DNA of 64,000 bases from Bispira polyomma (Eukaryota), in the NCBI GenBank assembly GCA_965649765.1, contig OZ287749.1, positions 65,100,001 through 65,164,000 on the forward strand, read 5' to 3'. The notes beneath the pieces are model-generated. The model was given only the letters and a program-made list of their open reading frames with translations. It did not search any database and was not told the origin of the DNA. Below, piece by piece: positions 49,301 to 60,341 of this stretch. Each line of letters opens with the position of its first letter. Position 1 is the stretch's first letter. Made by a program: the position numbers and the translations under genes.

Positions 49301-52300
49301 CGTATTGTTAAAAACTGCAATTTCAGTTTAAAAAAAAATAAAAAACAGTAGTTTTTAATTATTTCAAATAAAAGAACAGGACCACGGGGGAAAAAAAAGA
49401 CTTCTATGTTTTATTGATATGATTCTATTCTATTCTTGATTCACTAATGTCAGGGGTAGTATTCAGAAAGACGTATCAGGATCAGATAAAGATCAGATCA
49501 AATTTGAGAAAAAAAAAGGCTCAAGCAAACCCTAGGATCAAATTGGTATTCACAAAACAACGAATCACTGAATCAAAAAATATCAAATATTTAATCTGTT
49601 TTTTTTTTTTATATTCTGTTTCTTCCATCAAACATCTGTTGGTCATATTTGATCCGCCCTGATCCAAATTTAATCCACTATGTTGACGGGATCAAAGTTT
49701 ATCCGTAATTTATTCGTTAAAATCAGATTAAATCATTTTTATGAATACTGCCCCAGATTTGCAAAAAAAGAACAGCTACTATTAATATCCCTACAAAGGA
49801 GGTTTTGTTTCTGACCCTGTCTATTTATTTGTTTGTTTGTCAACAGGATTACTCAAAAACTACTGAACTGATTTTGACTAAACTTGTTCAAGGGCCAGCA
49901 GCTGAGGACACCACAAAACTCTAACGCAGATCCAGAGTGAATATTGAGTACTCACTGTTTACTGTGTATTTACATTATACCTAAAAACTACCCGATAATC
50001 TATCTTTTGGTCCAACAAGTTCATTAATATGGTATCATATGGCTGACTTTGAGAGGTTATGGTCTAAAGCTAAAACACAGCCCTTTTCTACTTTGCTACC
50101 CCATTACTGAGGTTTATACTCAAGTGAGTACCGGTGTAAAAGTAAATCTTCCCCCCCCACCGTAAAATTTCCTCCACCCCGGGGGAAGATTTTCTAGAAA
50201 ATATTCCCCCCTACCATGGAAATCTTCCCCCTCCCTTACCTTAATGGACAAGCATATATTGTTTCAAAATTCTTTTATTTTAACTTTAAAAACAATTTGC
50301 ACATACATCATGTTACAAATATGAAAAATTTTATACAATTACTAATTTATTTACAATTTCAGTAGTCTGATCTAGTGAACTCATTGGCATGTACCACACT
50401 GAAGATTCTGCTATAAACATGAAGTATGAATTTTGTCACCACAGGTTTTGCAGTTCTTCGTTGATCTTGTGTTTGGCTGTTTACATGCACAGAAATTTTT
50501 TATTGTAAATGTCTTTTTTCAAGAGTGCAAACTTTATCTAAAGTAATCGGAAAGTGTGACATGTGTCCTTTTTGGAGTGCTGGGTGACCCTTATATTTAT
50601 ACCCAAAATTAAGCTCTACTTTATCTTCCCAACAACGAATCACAAACTCGAACCTATTTTAATTACCTAGCTCCCAAACCAATCACCTGTTATCTTAGTT
50701 TATATGCTAAATGACACCTTGCCTGGATTTCCTCCCTTTTATGCCAGATATGTTCTCTTTTATTCAGTGTCTGGTCCTTTATCTCCATCCTAGTTACTTC
50801 CTGTCACATAACCCTAATTACATAACAGTACACACAGACATCTAGGTTCAAACAATACTCCCTGGTGACAATGAACCTTTTGAGTCCCAGATATATGTTT
50901 AAGCTAGAAAATATCCCTGTATTAATACTGCTGCCCTTTTTATCAATACAATAAATATTGTTCTTAAAATAGTAGATATGACGACCCTGTTTAGCCCAGT
51001 TGACCAAATAAAGATACAAGTCTTAATGAAGTATCAGTTCGCGTTGTGTTCAAGTAGGCAGGTCGCCAGATAACAGATTCGTATAGGCAAGGTCACCGAG
51101 TAAGCTGGGGCTATTGAAGCTTGAATCAATAAGCTCACAAGATGACTTTTACATAATTAAGAACAACAAAATTATCTTCAATATGTATATTATAAATCAA
51201 AAGTGTACATACAATTTATACAGTACAATAACTCGAAAACAACAATATAAATGCACCAGTTCTGTGCACTGATATAAATTTAAGACTGCTTTGTGGCAGT
51301 GATAAAATACTCAGAACAACACTATATATTCTACAATGTCAGCCTAATTAATTACAGTCTAAAAACAAGTTCAACAAGCTAGGCCTGACAAAACATACTG
51401 CCTGACAAAACATACTGCCTGACAAAACATACTGCCTGACAAATATTCAAGTTATACTATAATAAACACATGGACCGGCGATGCAAGGCAGCAAATTACA
51501 TGTTTCAGTCGAAGTTATTATTAATTACTATATCTCACAACTGAATAAAAATAATAAAAAATGAATAAAAATACATTGAATTGGGGAACATTGTGACATG
51601 GTGGTCATTGTGGTGTTATTTCCTAGAAAACAAAACAAAATCACAAATGGAATTGGAGGGGGGAAAATTTTCAGGTGGGGGGTATTATTTTCTAGAAAAA
51701 AGTGGCTATATCAACTTTAGTAAGCGATGCTACCCCTAGTTTCCACAACCTCTTCTTTTAGACATATCACAAGCAACCCCTTCATACCTTGAGTTCCTGT
51801 AGAATCAGGTTATGTTTCAGGCCAGCTGCAATCAACCTGCCACCTTTCCAGTCGATTCGGTTGTTACTTATATCTAGGCTTTCAAGAACCTGAATACAAT
51901 CAGGTTTAGATCAAATATATTCTGAATTCTCCAGATAATTTCATGATTTGATATATTTTTGCACTTCTTCATAAACAATATTTTATTACAACAAAACAAT
52001 CAGGCAAAATCAAAAAGATTATAATAAAGGCTTCTCGCAGGAAGAAATATATATACAAAAGAAAAAAAAGAGAAGAATAACATACAATGATGTATGAAAA
52101 TATGAGTAGGTGTGTGGTCATGATCATACCTTATTAGCTTTTAACATCTCTCTCACCGCTAGAGCTCCTTCATATCCAAACCCATTAAAGGCAAGGTTGA
52201 CTACCTTCAAACAGTGATTACCCTGGTAGAGTAAAATGGCAAAATAAATTCAGTTGAAAGGTATATCAGTATCTGGGAACACAATACTATACAACTGATA

Positions 52301-55300
52301 TTTATGATAACATTCTTTCTCTGCAAAAAACTAAAAAAAATATTAACGGCTGTGGTGTGATAGGAATTGACTAAATTAGATATGGAATTTTCTTCAGTTA
52401 TTCAATCAATCAATTCTGGTCGGAAAATAATATTTTTGTGTATGTAAAATAATGATTAAATATAAAAAAAGATAATTACAGACCATCGTAAGTTAATCGA
52501 CAATGGTTGCAAGATCAGTGAAGACCACAAGAGCATGACTAATGATAGAACAATCGCCGAACAGACAACTGTAGTATTTATAGTGGACCATGGGACACTT
52601 TGCGACTTGCAGGTGGTCTCTAGGCGATCAGATGGTCTTGCCTGACTGGGGCTTTATATACTAGAAAGAACTTGTACATAAAGAGACCACCCTTATGAGT
52701 TTATTTTGGGGTATTATATACATATTTAACTGATATGGTTAATTTTTCTTTGATCTCTGTTCATCTGCCATAGCTCCTTTATATCTTTATTTTAACTGGT
52801 ATTGTTAATTAACCATACATATGTACCTTGATCCCTTTGCATATGGCCACGGCTCCTTTTCTCCGGATCTTATTCCAGGACAGATCCAGAGTATGTAATG
52901 TGTCATTGTATGATATCACCCTACCCAGGATCTGCCCTCCAGTCTCTGAGATGTTGATGTCACTTAGATCCAGATGTTCCATGCTGGTGTTTCTCTATAT
53001 AAAATGTATACATCGTGGTTTGTCTGTTATATACTCCTTTTTACAATCAAAGAATTCAGCAAAGTACCATACCCCAGTGACAGAGCCTAATTAAACTTTG
53101 GGGATGTTGATATATAGTGCTAAGTTGCAGGTTAATAAACCTTGTTGGTGCTCATATATAATCATCCTAAAGCCCTTATCTATAATTAATGGACAGGAGC
53201 TACGCCTACAGAAAACTTGTAGGGTTGAATATATGATCATCTTGAAGCATATGTCTTTTGTTAAAGGGGCATGTGTTAAAGTGCAGGGGCCGAATTCACG
53301 AAGGGACTTAGTCGGGTCTTAGGCATAAATAAGTATACTTTTGTGCTAGACTTTAGCCTATGTCCTGCCTAAGTCCCTTCATGAACATGGCCCCTGAGCT
53401 AAAGAAAGCGTGGGATGTTTACATATGGTCTTTAGTTAAGGAGCATGTGCTTGTTGGCTGTAGTGCTACAGTAAAGAATAAAGGTTAATCAGGACTAATT
53501 CGACAACTACTGCATAGAATATAAAAGTGAATACCAATTACCAAATCTGTCTACCAGCTGTAGTAACATATTTTCTGGGTAAAAGTGTAGAAAGCTTATT
53601 GGTGATATTTGTCCATATAACCCGTGTTCTTTAGTTTTAAAACCAGCTATGTAAAGCACCACAGATAAAAAGTACTATAATTTACACCTGGTAACACTCA
53701 GATAAAGTGAACAGTTAAAATATATTAATCGAGTTGTAAAATATGTCACACATTCTTGTCAGGAAGTTTAGAGTGAATATACACACTAAACATTTTGCAC
53801 CATTTGTTTAGTATTTGTAGCATTTATTTTTTTTTTGGTTACACATAGCAAGTTAATTATATTCACTTTTACATTGTTGCTAAACTGTTTGAGTTTACTT
53901 GTGTAAATAAATTATTTCTGAAAAGACATAAGATTTTTAGACTCATAAGATAAACTCTACCTTAATTCCACAGGCAAGCAGCTCCACGTCACAATCCCCA
54001 AATTTGTTCCCTGTAAGTATAATTCAATATTTCATGTCTTAATCTTTGCATTTTAACATCATTACATCTGCCGCTTTCGTTAGTTTGCTACATACTATAG
54101 TTGCTTAAAATCCAATTACTGACAGAGTAATTCCTTGAAAGCCTTACTTTGATTCTGAGTTACTTTTGTATTTGTGCTTTATACTTGTCGGCTTGATACA
54201 ATGTCGAAGGACCGAATTATCTGTACTCGACAATGCTTCGATTTAATAATGGCTTATGGTCAGGGACAGAGTGCTTCAATTTAGCACTATAGCTATAAGT
54301 TATAATATTATGTACGGCTATAGGATTAATCAATCTGTAACCACAGACTAAATGGAAAGATGATATTTTTTCTGTAATAGGTGCTTTTACAGATTTACAT
54401 CTATTTGCTACTGTGAAGAACTGTGTCTGTCACCATGCACCATCTTTAAATCAAAGCATTGTCGAGAACAAAAAACTCTAAAATGTCAACTGTTACTCAA
54501 CTTTTCATCTTAACTAACAAGTACAAGTTACTGGAATACACTTAAAACACCATCTGGTATCGTCCTGAATTCTGTACCCTCACATTATTCGTCCACCATT
54601 TGAGATATGACCCAGTGTAACTGTTTTTAGAAGCTGTCACCCATGCCATTGTCTATCGTACTGATGTATGGTAACTCACAAAGTTTATATTCCCACTTAT
54701 TTTGTGCACCATAAGGTAATTTAGTAGCAGTAGTGGATAGTAAGTAGTAAAGTAGTATTCCTACCTGCAAGACTCAAATGTCTAAGCTGAGTATTTAAAA
54801 ACATGATTTCTTGGGCCACTTCCACATCACAGGTTGAAAGGTTGTTCCTGGCAAGATTCTATTCAAAGACAATAGAATAAATAAAAGTTGATTTGCTCTG
54901 TAGCAATATGCTGTATCAGTCAATTAATCTTGCCGTTTTACTTAATACTTTTCATATCGTGTGTAGAAAACCTTAATTCAACAGTTATTCATTTCCAGTA
55001 ACTGCATTATAATATTATGATTAAAATAATTTAATATAGAGAGAGACATTACTAATCACATATGAAGAGGACGGTGGTGTAAATTTGATAGGCTACAAAA
55101 TCAAAACATGGTGCTCCCATATGTTGGCCATACGACTTTAAGTAGAACTTGTGCCATTTCTTGCATGGCTATTATAGTCACTTAATTCGGTAAGATAGCA
55201 ATATGTGTCATTTTATATTCCCACTTATTTAGTGCACCATAAGGTAATTTAGTAGCAGTAGTGGATAGTAAGTAGTAAAGTAGTATTCCTACCTGCAAGA

Positions 55301-57505
55301 CTCAAATGTCTAAGTGACTTAAAAGATTTATCAATCAAAAAATTTCAGTGTAAGTTCAGGTATTTGGAAGCAGCTAGTGGAAGACAGTACTTAAAAAACA
55401 TCTGTTTTAAACAATAGGTAACACATCAACATCAGTTCAAAGAGACATAATGTGTTTCTGTTCCCTCATCAACCAATGGCAATAACTGACCACTGACCAG
55501 TTTCACAACAGCTTCATTTTCCCGAAGACTTCCAAACAAACACACTGCGCCCCCGGCACCAAGTCCATTTTCTTCAAAGTCCAATTCTGTGATAAAGTTG
55601 CAGATCTAAAAGATATATGCTCTTTGACTATCAAATCTGTAAACCTCTATATAATATTAGTTTCTCAGATCTGTATATTTATCTAACACAACATTTTTGT
55701 GCCAGACTACATCGGCTAAATTGCTGATGTTTGCAAACGGTTAGAATCTATGATTTTGAGCATGTAAACTATTAACTGACTTTCCATTTGTAACCCCTGG
55801 CAGGCATGGCTGCTGTATTTTATGTAATACTTGGAAACTATCAAAGACAAGGGTGCCCATTTTTACTTCCTTGTGTCTAAACTGTGACGTGGCTACAAAA
55901 GTAACGTCATTATGACGTTTCTGTGATGTATTATACGCAGTAGAAGGGGAATTTAAAAGGGGTAGCCGTCTATAAACTTAAATATCTGAGCTGTTTCTGA
56001 ACGGATTTTTGTTGGGGAAAAAAGACATCATGCCATTTTCAAAGTCAAAATCTGATTTTTGTTGGGGAAAAAAAAGACATCGTCGGCCGACGTCTGATCT
56101 GATCTTTTGCAAATATGCTGAAAGGAAGCACTTGGTAGTATTGTGTAAGGAGGGAAAGAATCGGCCGACGTCGGCCGAGAAAAAATGCTGAAAGGAAACG
56201 TAGGCTAACAATCCAGGCTCTCCCTGGTTAATATCATGTATTGTTTAGTGGCTATACAATTGATGAAATATTATTATATTTTTACAATTACAATAATATA
56301 TTATTACAACCTACTAGTGCAGAGAGTAAACCCAGAAAAGTCTAAATTAGATTAAATTACATTGTTATACTGACTTTCCATCAGTACCTACCTTTATCAC
56401 TTGAGCAATGGCTTTGATTTGTTCTGGACCAAAGAGTCTCAGGGACATAGAAGCATTCTGGTTCTTTAAACAATGGATCACCCTGGTTGAAGGGACAATA
56501 CCCAACTTGTCACAAGCCTCCAGATACACAGATACCTCGCTGGATACTGACTCTTTGTGCCTGGGAGATGTATTAGTAACATTATCTAAATAGATGATAG
56601 AACAATTTGACATTATTTAACATTAGACACCTCTCATTTCAAACTGCAGTTTTTATTGGTATTAGTTAAATAGCCTAACTATTGCAATTCCATACTCTTT
56701 GAACTTAATATGGGTCAAATTAAAAAAAAAACTAGGCCTGACACAACCATGGCACCACATCCTCTAAGGCTACATTGCATTGGACACCTGTTTGGTATCA
56801 AATTATTTTCAAAAACTCTTATGTAACCACATATAAAGCTGTTAATCTTTGCCAGCCTCCGTGTGTAGCTGCTGTGTTTCCTTTTCTTAGTCTCACCATG
56901 GGAAATAATCTGTCTAGATCTTGTCAACTGTGCCTTCTCTGTGCTTGCATCCTATGGTCTGGTAATAGTTTACCTATACACATATATGAGATCACCATTC
57001 TCTATTTCAGGCTTTAGAAGCAAACTAAAAAATCCACCTCTTAGACCCAAGCTACATAGTATTTTCTACTCTGCATGTTGCCTTCTTTGATTATGACCAG
57101 GCCTGTATTCACAAACATTCTTGGAATGCAATTCGGAGAATTTGTTTACTCTGCTTATCAGATTGTTTGACCAAAAAAAATTCCCAAAAGTCTATGAATA
57201 AAAGAATCTTCGTGAATGCTAGACCTGGCTGCTTATTGGGGTCATATTTTTGTTACCTTTATGTCAGGGTGTTGCCCTTTAGGAGATGCCTGGTATAGAC
57301 GTTAAAAAAAATTTAAATTAGCATTACCCCCATATGTGTAATAAAATACAATCATGATTGTTGAAAAATACATTTTAGGTGTTAAAGTTAAGTGACTTAA
57401 AAGACCACTGGAAGGTGACAAATAAACAAACCAATTATCTTCACCTAAGCACTCCGTTTCTAGGTCAGTATCGTACTCAGAATTACTTTCCGAGTTATCA
57501 TCCAT
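43002..57505 (-). CDS. LRRC74: Leucine-rich repeat-containing protein 74-like (559 aa, 13 coding exons)
   Basis: EYDTDLE and YLEAC..LG.VP N-terminal motifs, RNI-like LRRs (LDLSWNKIRRKGAVAICKGI, NLAFNGFGYEGALAV) and a C-terminal degenerate EF-hand region (VPLEKYQIEKLLKSLD) match my recollection of LRRC74A/B. All 12 introns are GT-AG with compatible phases; total 1680 nt with no internal stop. Confidence 0.88.
44043..44128 (-). CDS. LRRC74: LRRC74-like exon 12
   Basis: TAQVPLEKYQIEKLLKSLDGVNTGKITY; TTTGCAG and TA|GTAAGT, phase 2. Confidence 0.9.
44528..46283 (+). mobile_element. 5'-truncated L1/Tx1-clade LINE in LRRC74 intron 11
   Basis: KLLGI..., WKKRYLTPLGKITVIKTLILPK, zf-RVT-like FQYHILNHILGT...CGLCNVEEETISHLLISC; AATAAA plus poly(A); 15-bp TSD ACTATTTAGATTGTG at 44513-44527 and 46284-46298; many stops. 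Confidence 0.9.
47006..47142 (-). CDS. LRRC74: LRRC74-like exon 11
   Basis: MARADPEKLFVEYMSQKNLRPLDIFRRFNKINHVYISREQFVQGLK (EF-hand-like); CTCCAG and GTGGGT. Confidence 0.9.
47822..47939 (-). CDS. LRRC74: LRRC74-like exon 10
   Basis: GISVTQRALYLAENLGQRRSFTFNHGHIVGSYDLFGERT; TTTTGTAG and GTTAGT, phase 1. Confidence 0.85.
48986..49072 (-). CDS. LRRC74: LRRC74-like exon 9
   Basis: IGHNPLSTTVCVDLLEAAQLCRLTSLNLE; TCAG and GTAAGT. Confidence 0.9.
51383..51443 (+). repeat. 17-bp tandem repeat GCCTGACAAAACATACT, about 3.6 copies
   Basis: Perfect copies. Confidence 0.95.
51788..51889 (-). CDS. LRRC74: LRRC74-like exon 8
   Basis: VLESLDISNNRIDWKGGRLIAAGLKHNLILQELK; TTCAG and GTATGA. Confidence 0.92.
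52130..52222 (-). CDS. LRRC74: LRRC74-like exon 7
   Basis: GNHCLKVVNLAFNGFGYEGALAVREMLKANK; CCAG and GTATGA. Confidence 0.92.
52827..52994 (-). CDS. LRRC74: LRRC74-like exon 6
   Basis: RNTSMEHLDLSDINISETGGQILGRVISYNDTLHTLDLSWNKIRRKGAVAICKGIK; two 28-aa LRRs. Confidence 0.92.
53284..53396. mobile_element. Short MITE with CAGGGGCC..ATTCA TIRs; related TIRs at 49451-49756, 57098-57227, about 17471-17595 and about 22798-23236
   Basis: About 28-bp imperfect TIRs CAGGGGCCGAATTCACGAAGGGACTTAG and CTAAGTCCCTTCATGAACATGGCCCCTG. Confidence 0.7.
53961..54010 (-). CDS. LRRC74: LRRC74-like exon 5
   Basis: GNKFGDCDVELLACGIK; TTACAG and GTAGAG. Confidence 0.88.
54684..55314. repeat. 103-bp near-perfect duplication (54684-54786 and 55212-55314) including the exon 4 splice donor
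   Basis: One mismatch seen between the copies. Confidence 0.93.
54765..54858 (-). CDS. LRRC74: LRRC74-like exon 4
   Basis: NLARNNLSTCDVEVAQEIMFLNTQLRHLSLA-G; AG and GTAGGA. Confidence 0.88.
55498..55605 (-). CDS. LRRC74: LRRC74-like exon 3
   Basis: ICNFITELDFEENGLGAGGAVCLFGSLRENEAVVKL; AG and GTCAGT. Confidence 0.9.
56392..56585 (-). CDS. LRRC74: LRRC74-like exon 2
   Basis: TTTAG acceptor, ...VYLEACDKLGIVPS...KAIAQVIK, donor GTAGGT. Confidence 0.9.
57445..57505 (-). CDS. LRRC74: LRRC74-like exon 1 (MDDNSESNSEYDTDLETECL)
   Basis: AAAATGG start context (alternative in-frame ATG at 57520); phase-1 donor G|GTGAAG is weak. Confidence 0.7.
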
Positions 57506-58349
57506 TTTGAGGTGTGTCATGACACACACATTGATCACCAAAATAAAAATAAGTAATAACGCAACTTGTTTATTCTGATGGGTGATGTTGGCTTCTGCCC
57601 TATGTTTTTTTTCAGGTTTTTTTTACATTCACCAGTTGATATAATAAATATTAAGACATATATCCAATGTGGTGTAATATATAACACAACATACTTAAAG
57701 TTATTTACTTTATTCCTAGTGAAACTATATACACAGTTCATTTGTAATGTTGTAAAAGGTTGCCAGATGTAAGTTGCCCCACCTTTGTATTTACATGGGT
57801 TGTGTTCAAGACATATGGCTTATGATTAAAGTATTCTTTAAGAAACCATGAATTTTTGATGGTCGGAATGCATAATTAATTTTAACACAGGTATTGGGTT
57901 GGTGGTAAGAGATGCTAGTTGTCTACAACTTCAACATTCAGCTGTTAACACATAATCTTGAAAGTAAAATACTGACATACAAAGCTAGGCTTTATAGCAA
58001 AATGTAATCTGACAATTGTCATGTACAATCATAAATGCATTAATAAGAATATCATCCCCCCCCCCCCCCTCCCCCCCCAAAAAAAAAATAAATAAATAAA
58101 TAAAAAAATTTAAAAAAAATTGATAAATAAATAAAATAAATATAATAATAATATTCTTCGGTAATCTTAACACAACCCTCTATAATCCATTGCTGACTTT
58201 TCTTGTTTTAATTTGGTTTGTAGTGTGTGTGTTAATTAACTTGTAGTAGTAGAGCTACACCAGTGAATGCATATCACACTTTGTTGCCCCGGTGATCACT
58301 CATTGCATTAGAGAGATGAGCTCATTAAGTTTTCATGATGTACCAGAAG

Positions 58350-58650
58350 TGATCAATTCAATCTGCCATGTATTGGTCTGATGTTCAGAGGGTCTCTAGT
58401 TCTATTCCCGGTACCGGCCGCTAGTTTCATTTGGTGGGACAGCATCCTTAGGCAAGATGTGAACACAAGTTTGCCTAGTGGCCCGAGTAACCTAATAAAT
58501 TGGTGGTCCTCTGTCACTGAGTAATGTCTTCAGTGGCACATTAAAGATCATTGAGGGCGTTGATAGTGGCTACTCATGAGAAAGCACATATGAAAAGGCC
58601 CTGTGTTGTATATGTGCACTATAACAAATGTCCTACTGCATTTTTCATTT
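58350..58650 (+). mobile_element. tRNA-derived SINE family C (CORE/Deu-like middle, L2-like tail); copies on minus near 1195-1415, 15455-15600, 16845-17125, 19375-19565, 38430-38670, 47400-47520
   Basis: Shared blocks GCATCCTTGGGCAA.ATG, CTAGTGGC.CG..T.ACC, CAGTGGCA..TTAAAGATC and tail GTGTTGTATA.GTGC.CTATAACA. Confidence 0.65.
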
Positions 58651-59333
58651 TATAAATACATTCCCTCATAGAAAAGCCGAGGATCTGGGTTCAATCCAAG
58701 CATGTTGCGACCAGGTACAGATAGAAACATAGTGGCTTAGATGACCACCATCCTTGGGTCCCATCCCGAGTAACAAGCTAAAGAACCCTTGGGGACGGTT
58801 GATCAGTTCCTCGGTGTGTGGGCAAATGATAGATATTTAACCAACAACTCATAGTAAGAAAAGATTGCGGTTAAATACTTTATTATATATATATGATTTC
58901 TACTACTAACATATTTTTTATATACAGTTTCTTTGTAGAATACGTAATACTGTTGTGGGCATAAGGTCCCCTTAACTCAAGTGAGTTTAAGGCCTTACTT
59001 AGCTTACATTTAGGTGACCTTAGGTACAATGAGTTCAAGAGTATAAGTTTGCCAAAGTTGACTTTGAGTCCAAACTTAGAGGATTTGAGTTTAAGGTTAA
59101 GAGTTTAAGTTTGGTAGAAATTTTTATTTAAGTGCAAACTTAAGAGATTAAACTTTAAATTTATGCTAGTCTAAAGTTTGACTTAGGGTTATAAGTCGAA
59201 CTTTAGATACTTGAGTACAATATGTACTAATATAATGAAGGGGGGGACCTTATGCCCAAAAAAGGTATAATATTTAGTGTTATTTTGACAGATCTTAAGC
59301 CTAAATATTTAAGTTTGACCACCAAGCCCCAAA

Positions 59334-60317
59334 CTAGTAGGTGTTTTGTAGGACATCTTTAAAGGAATCTGCAACTTGAGTACCAGCATCAGCAGAGTCT
59401 GAGATGTAACGCCACACGCAATCCGACGTCCAGGTGCCATGTTTTTGAATATCCTGAATCTTGACATTATTGTTAAACGCAAAGGTGGCACCTGAACGTC
59501 GGAAGGCGTGAAAGGTCAAGCCAGAGCATTGAGTACCAAGTAAGGATAGTACATTTTTGAGGTGCCTTCGCACACGTGTGTCTGTCAGTGGAACCCACGA
59601 GCCTTGGAGTTTAAACTGAAATAATGGGAGATTTTTTCCTTTAGGTGAGATGGCTAACACAGCTTTCAAGGCCTGAACAGGACAAAGAATTGAATTTTGT
59701 ATACTTGGGATGGTTAGCAACCGAACTGCATCATTTCTCTGCAGCGTCTTAGACCATTTAACCATGATGACTGCATACCCTGGCTTAAACAAAACATCAG
59801 CTCTAGCTAATTGCTTAAGAGGAGAGTATGACCCCATTGAATGAGGACACAGATTGGATAAACGCAAAAATGTAAAAAAACTTGTCAAATAAACAGCCTT
59901 GAAAATTTGGCCCATGTAAGTACTATCACATTTACTAATGAGAGCCCTAAGCAAGTGCACATCAAAAATTGACTTCAATTTCGCTTGTAAAGGTCTATGC
60001 ATAGCCAAGGCTTTAGTGAAATAAGAAATACTCTGATCAGAAAATACTTGAACATCTATATGAAACATAACACATTTTGCCTTCACAGCCGAGATGTGAT
60101 TTACTACCTGAGAGGCCGAAACACCATTGAAATTTAGAAACTCTAAATATGCTAAAATTTGCAACAGTCACCTTGTGGGGAGGCCACGACATAAAGGCTC
60201 AAAAAGCTAGAGACTGACGGAACATTATGTCATATGCTTTATTAGTGGCAGGAGTAAGAGCTGAGTTCAGCCTATCACAAGCCAGTCTCATCAAAGCCAG
60301 ACCCACAGGGTGAGTGC
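59334..60317 (-). pseudogene. Tyrosine recombinase of the YR retrotransposon
   Basis: Catalytic R (FLRLSN), K (WSKT), HxxR (FHAFRRSGAT) and H/W...Y (HGTWTSDCVWRY). The 276-aa ORF 60164-59334 extends upstream to 60317 across one frameshift (about 60165) and one TGA (60201-60199). Confidence 0.93.
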
Positions 60318-60341
60318 CTGGAAAAGAAAAACTAAAACCTG

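Noticed and set aside
50130-51700. Possible large non-autonomous DNA transposon bounded by C-rich and G-rich TTTTCTAGAAAA blocks
   Set aside because: The ends are related, but I could not define TIR boundaries or a TSD.
56897-56951. Possible extra LRRC74 exon (CCATAG|GAT...CATG|GTGAGA)
   Set aside because: Good donor, but the phase-0 start is incompatible with the phase-1 end of exon 1 and the acceptor lacks a pyrimidine tract. It could still be an alternative 5' exon if RNA data support it.
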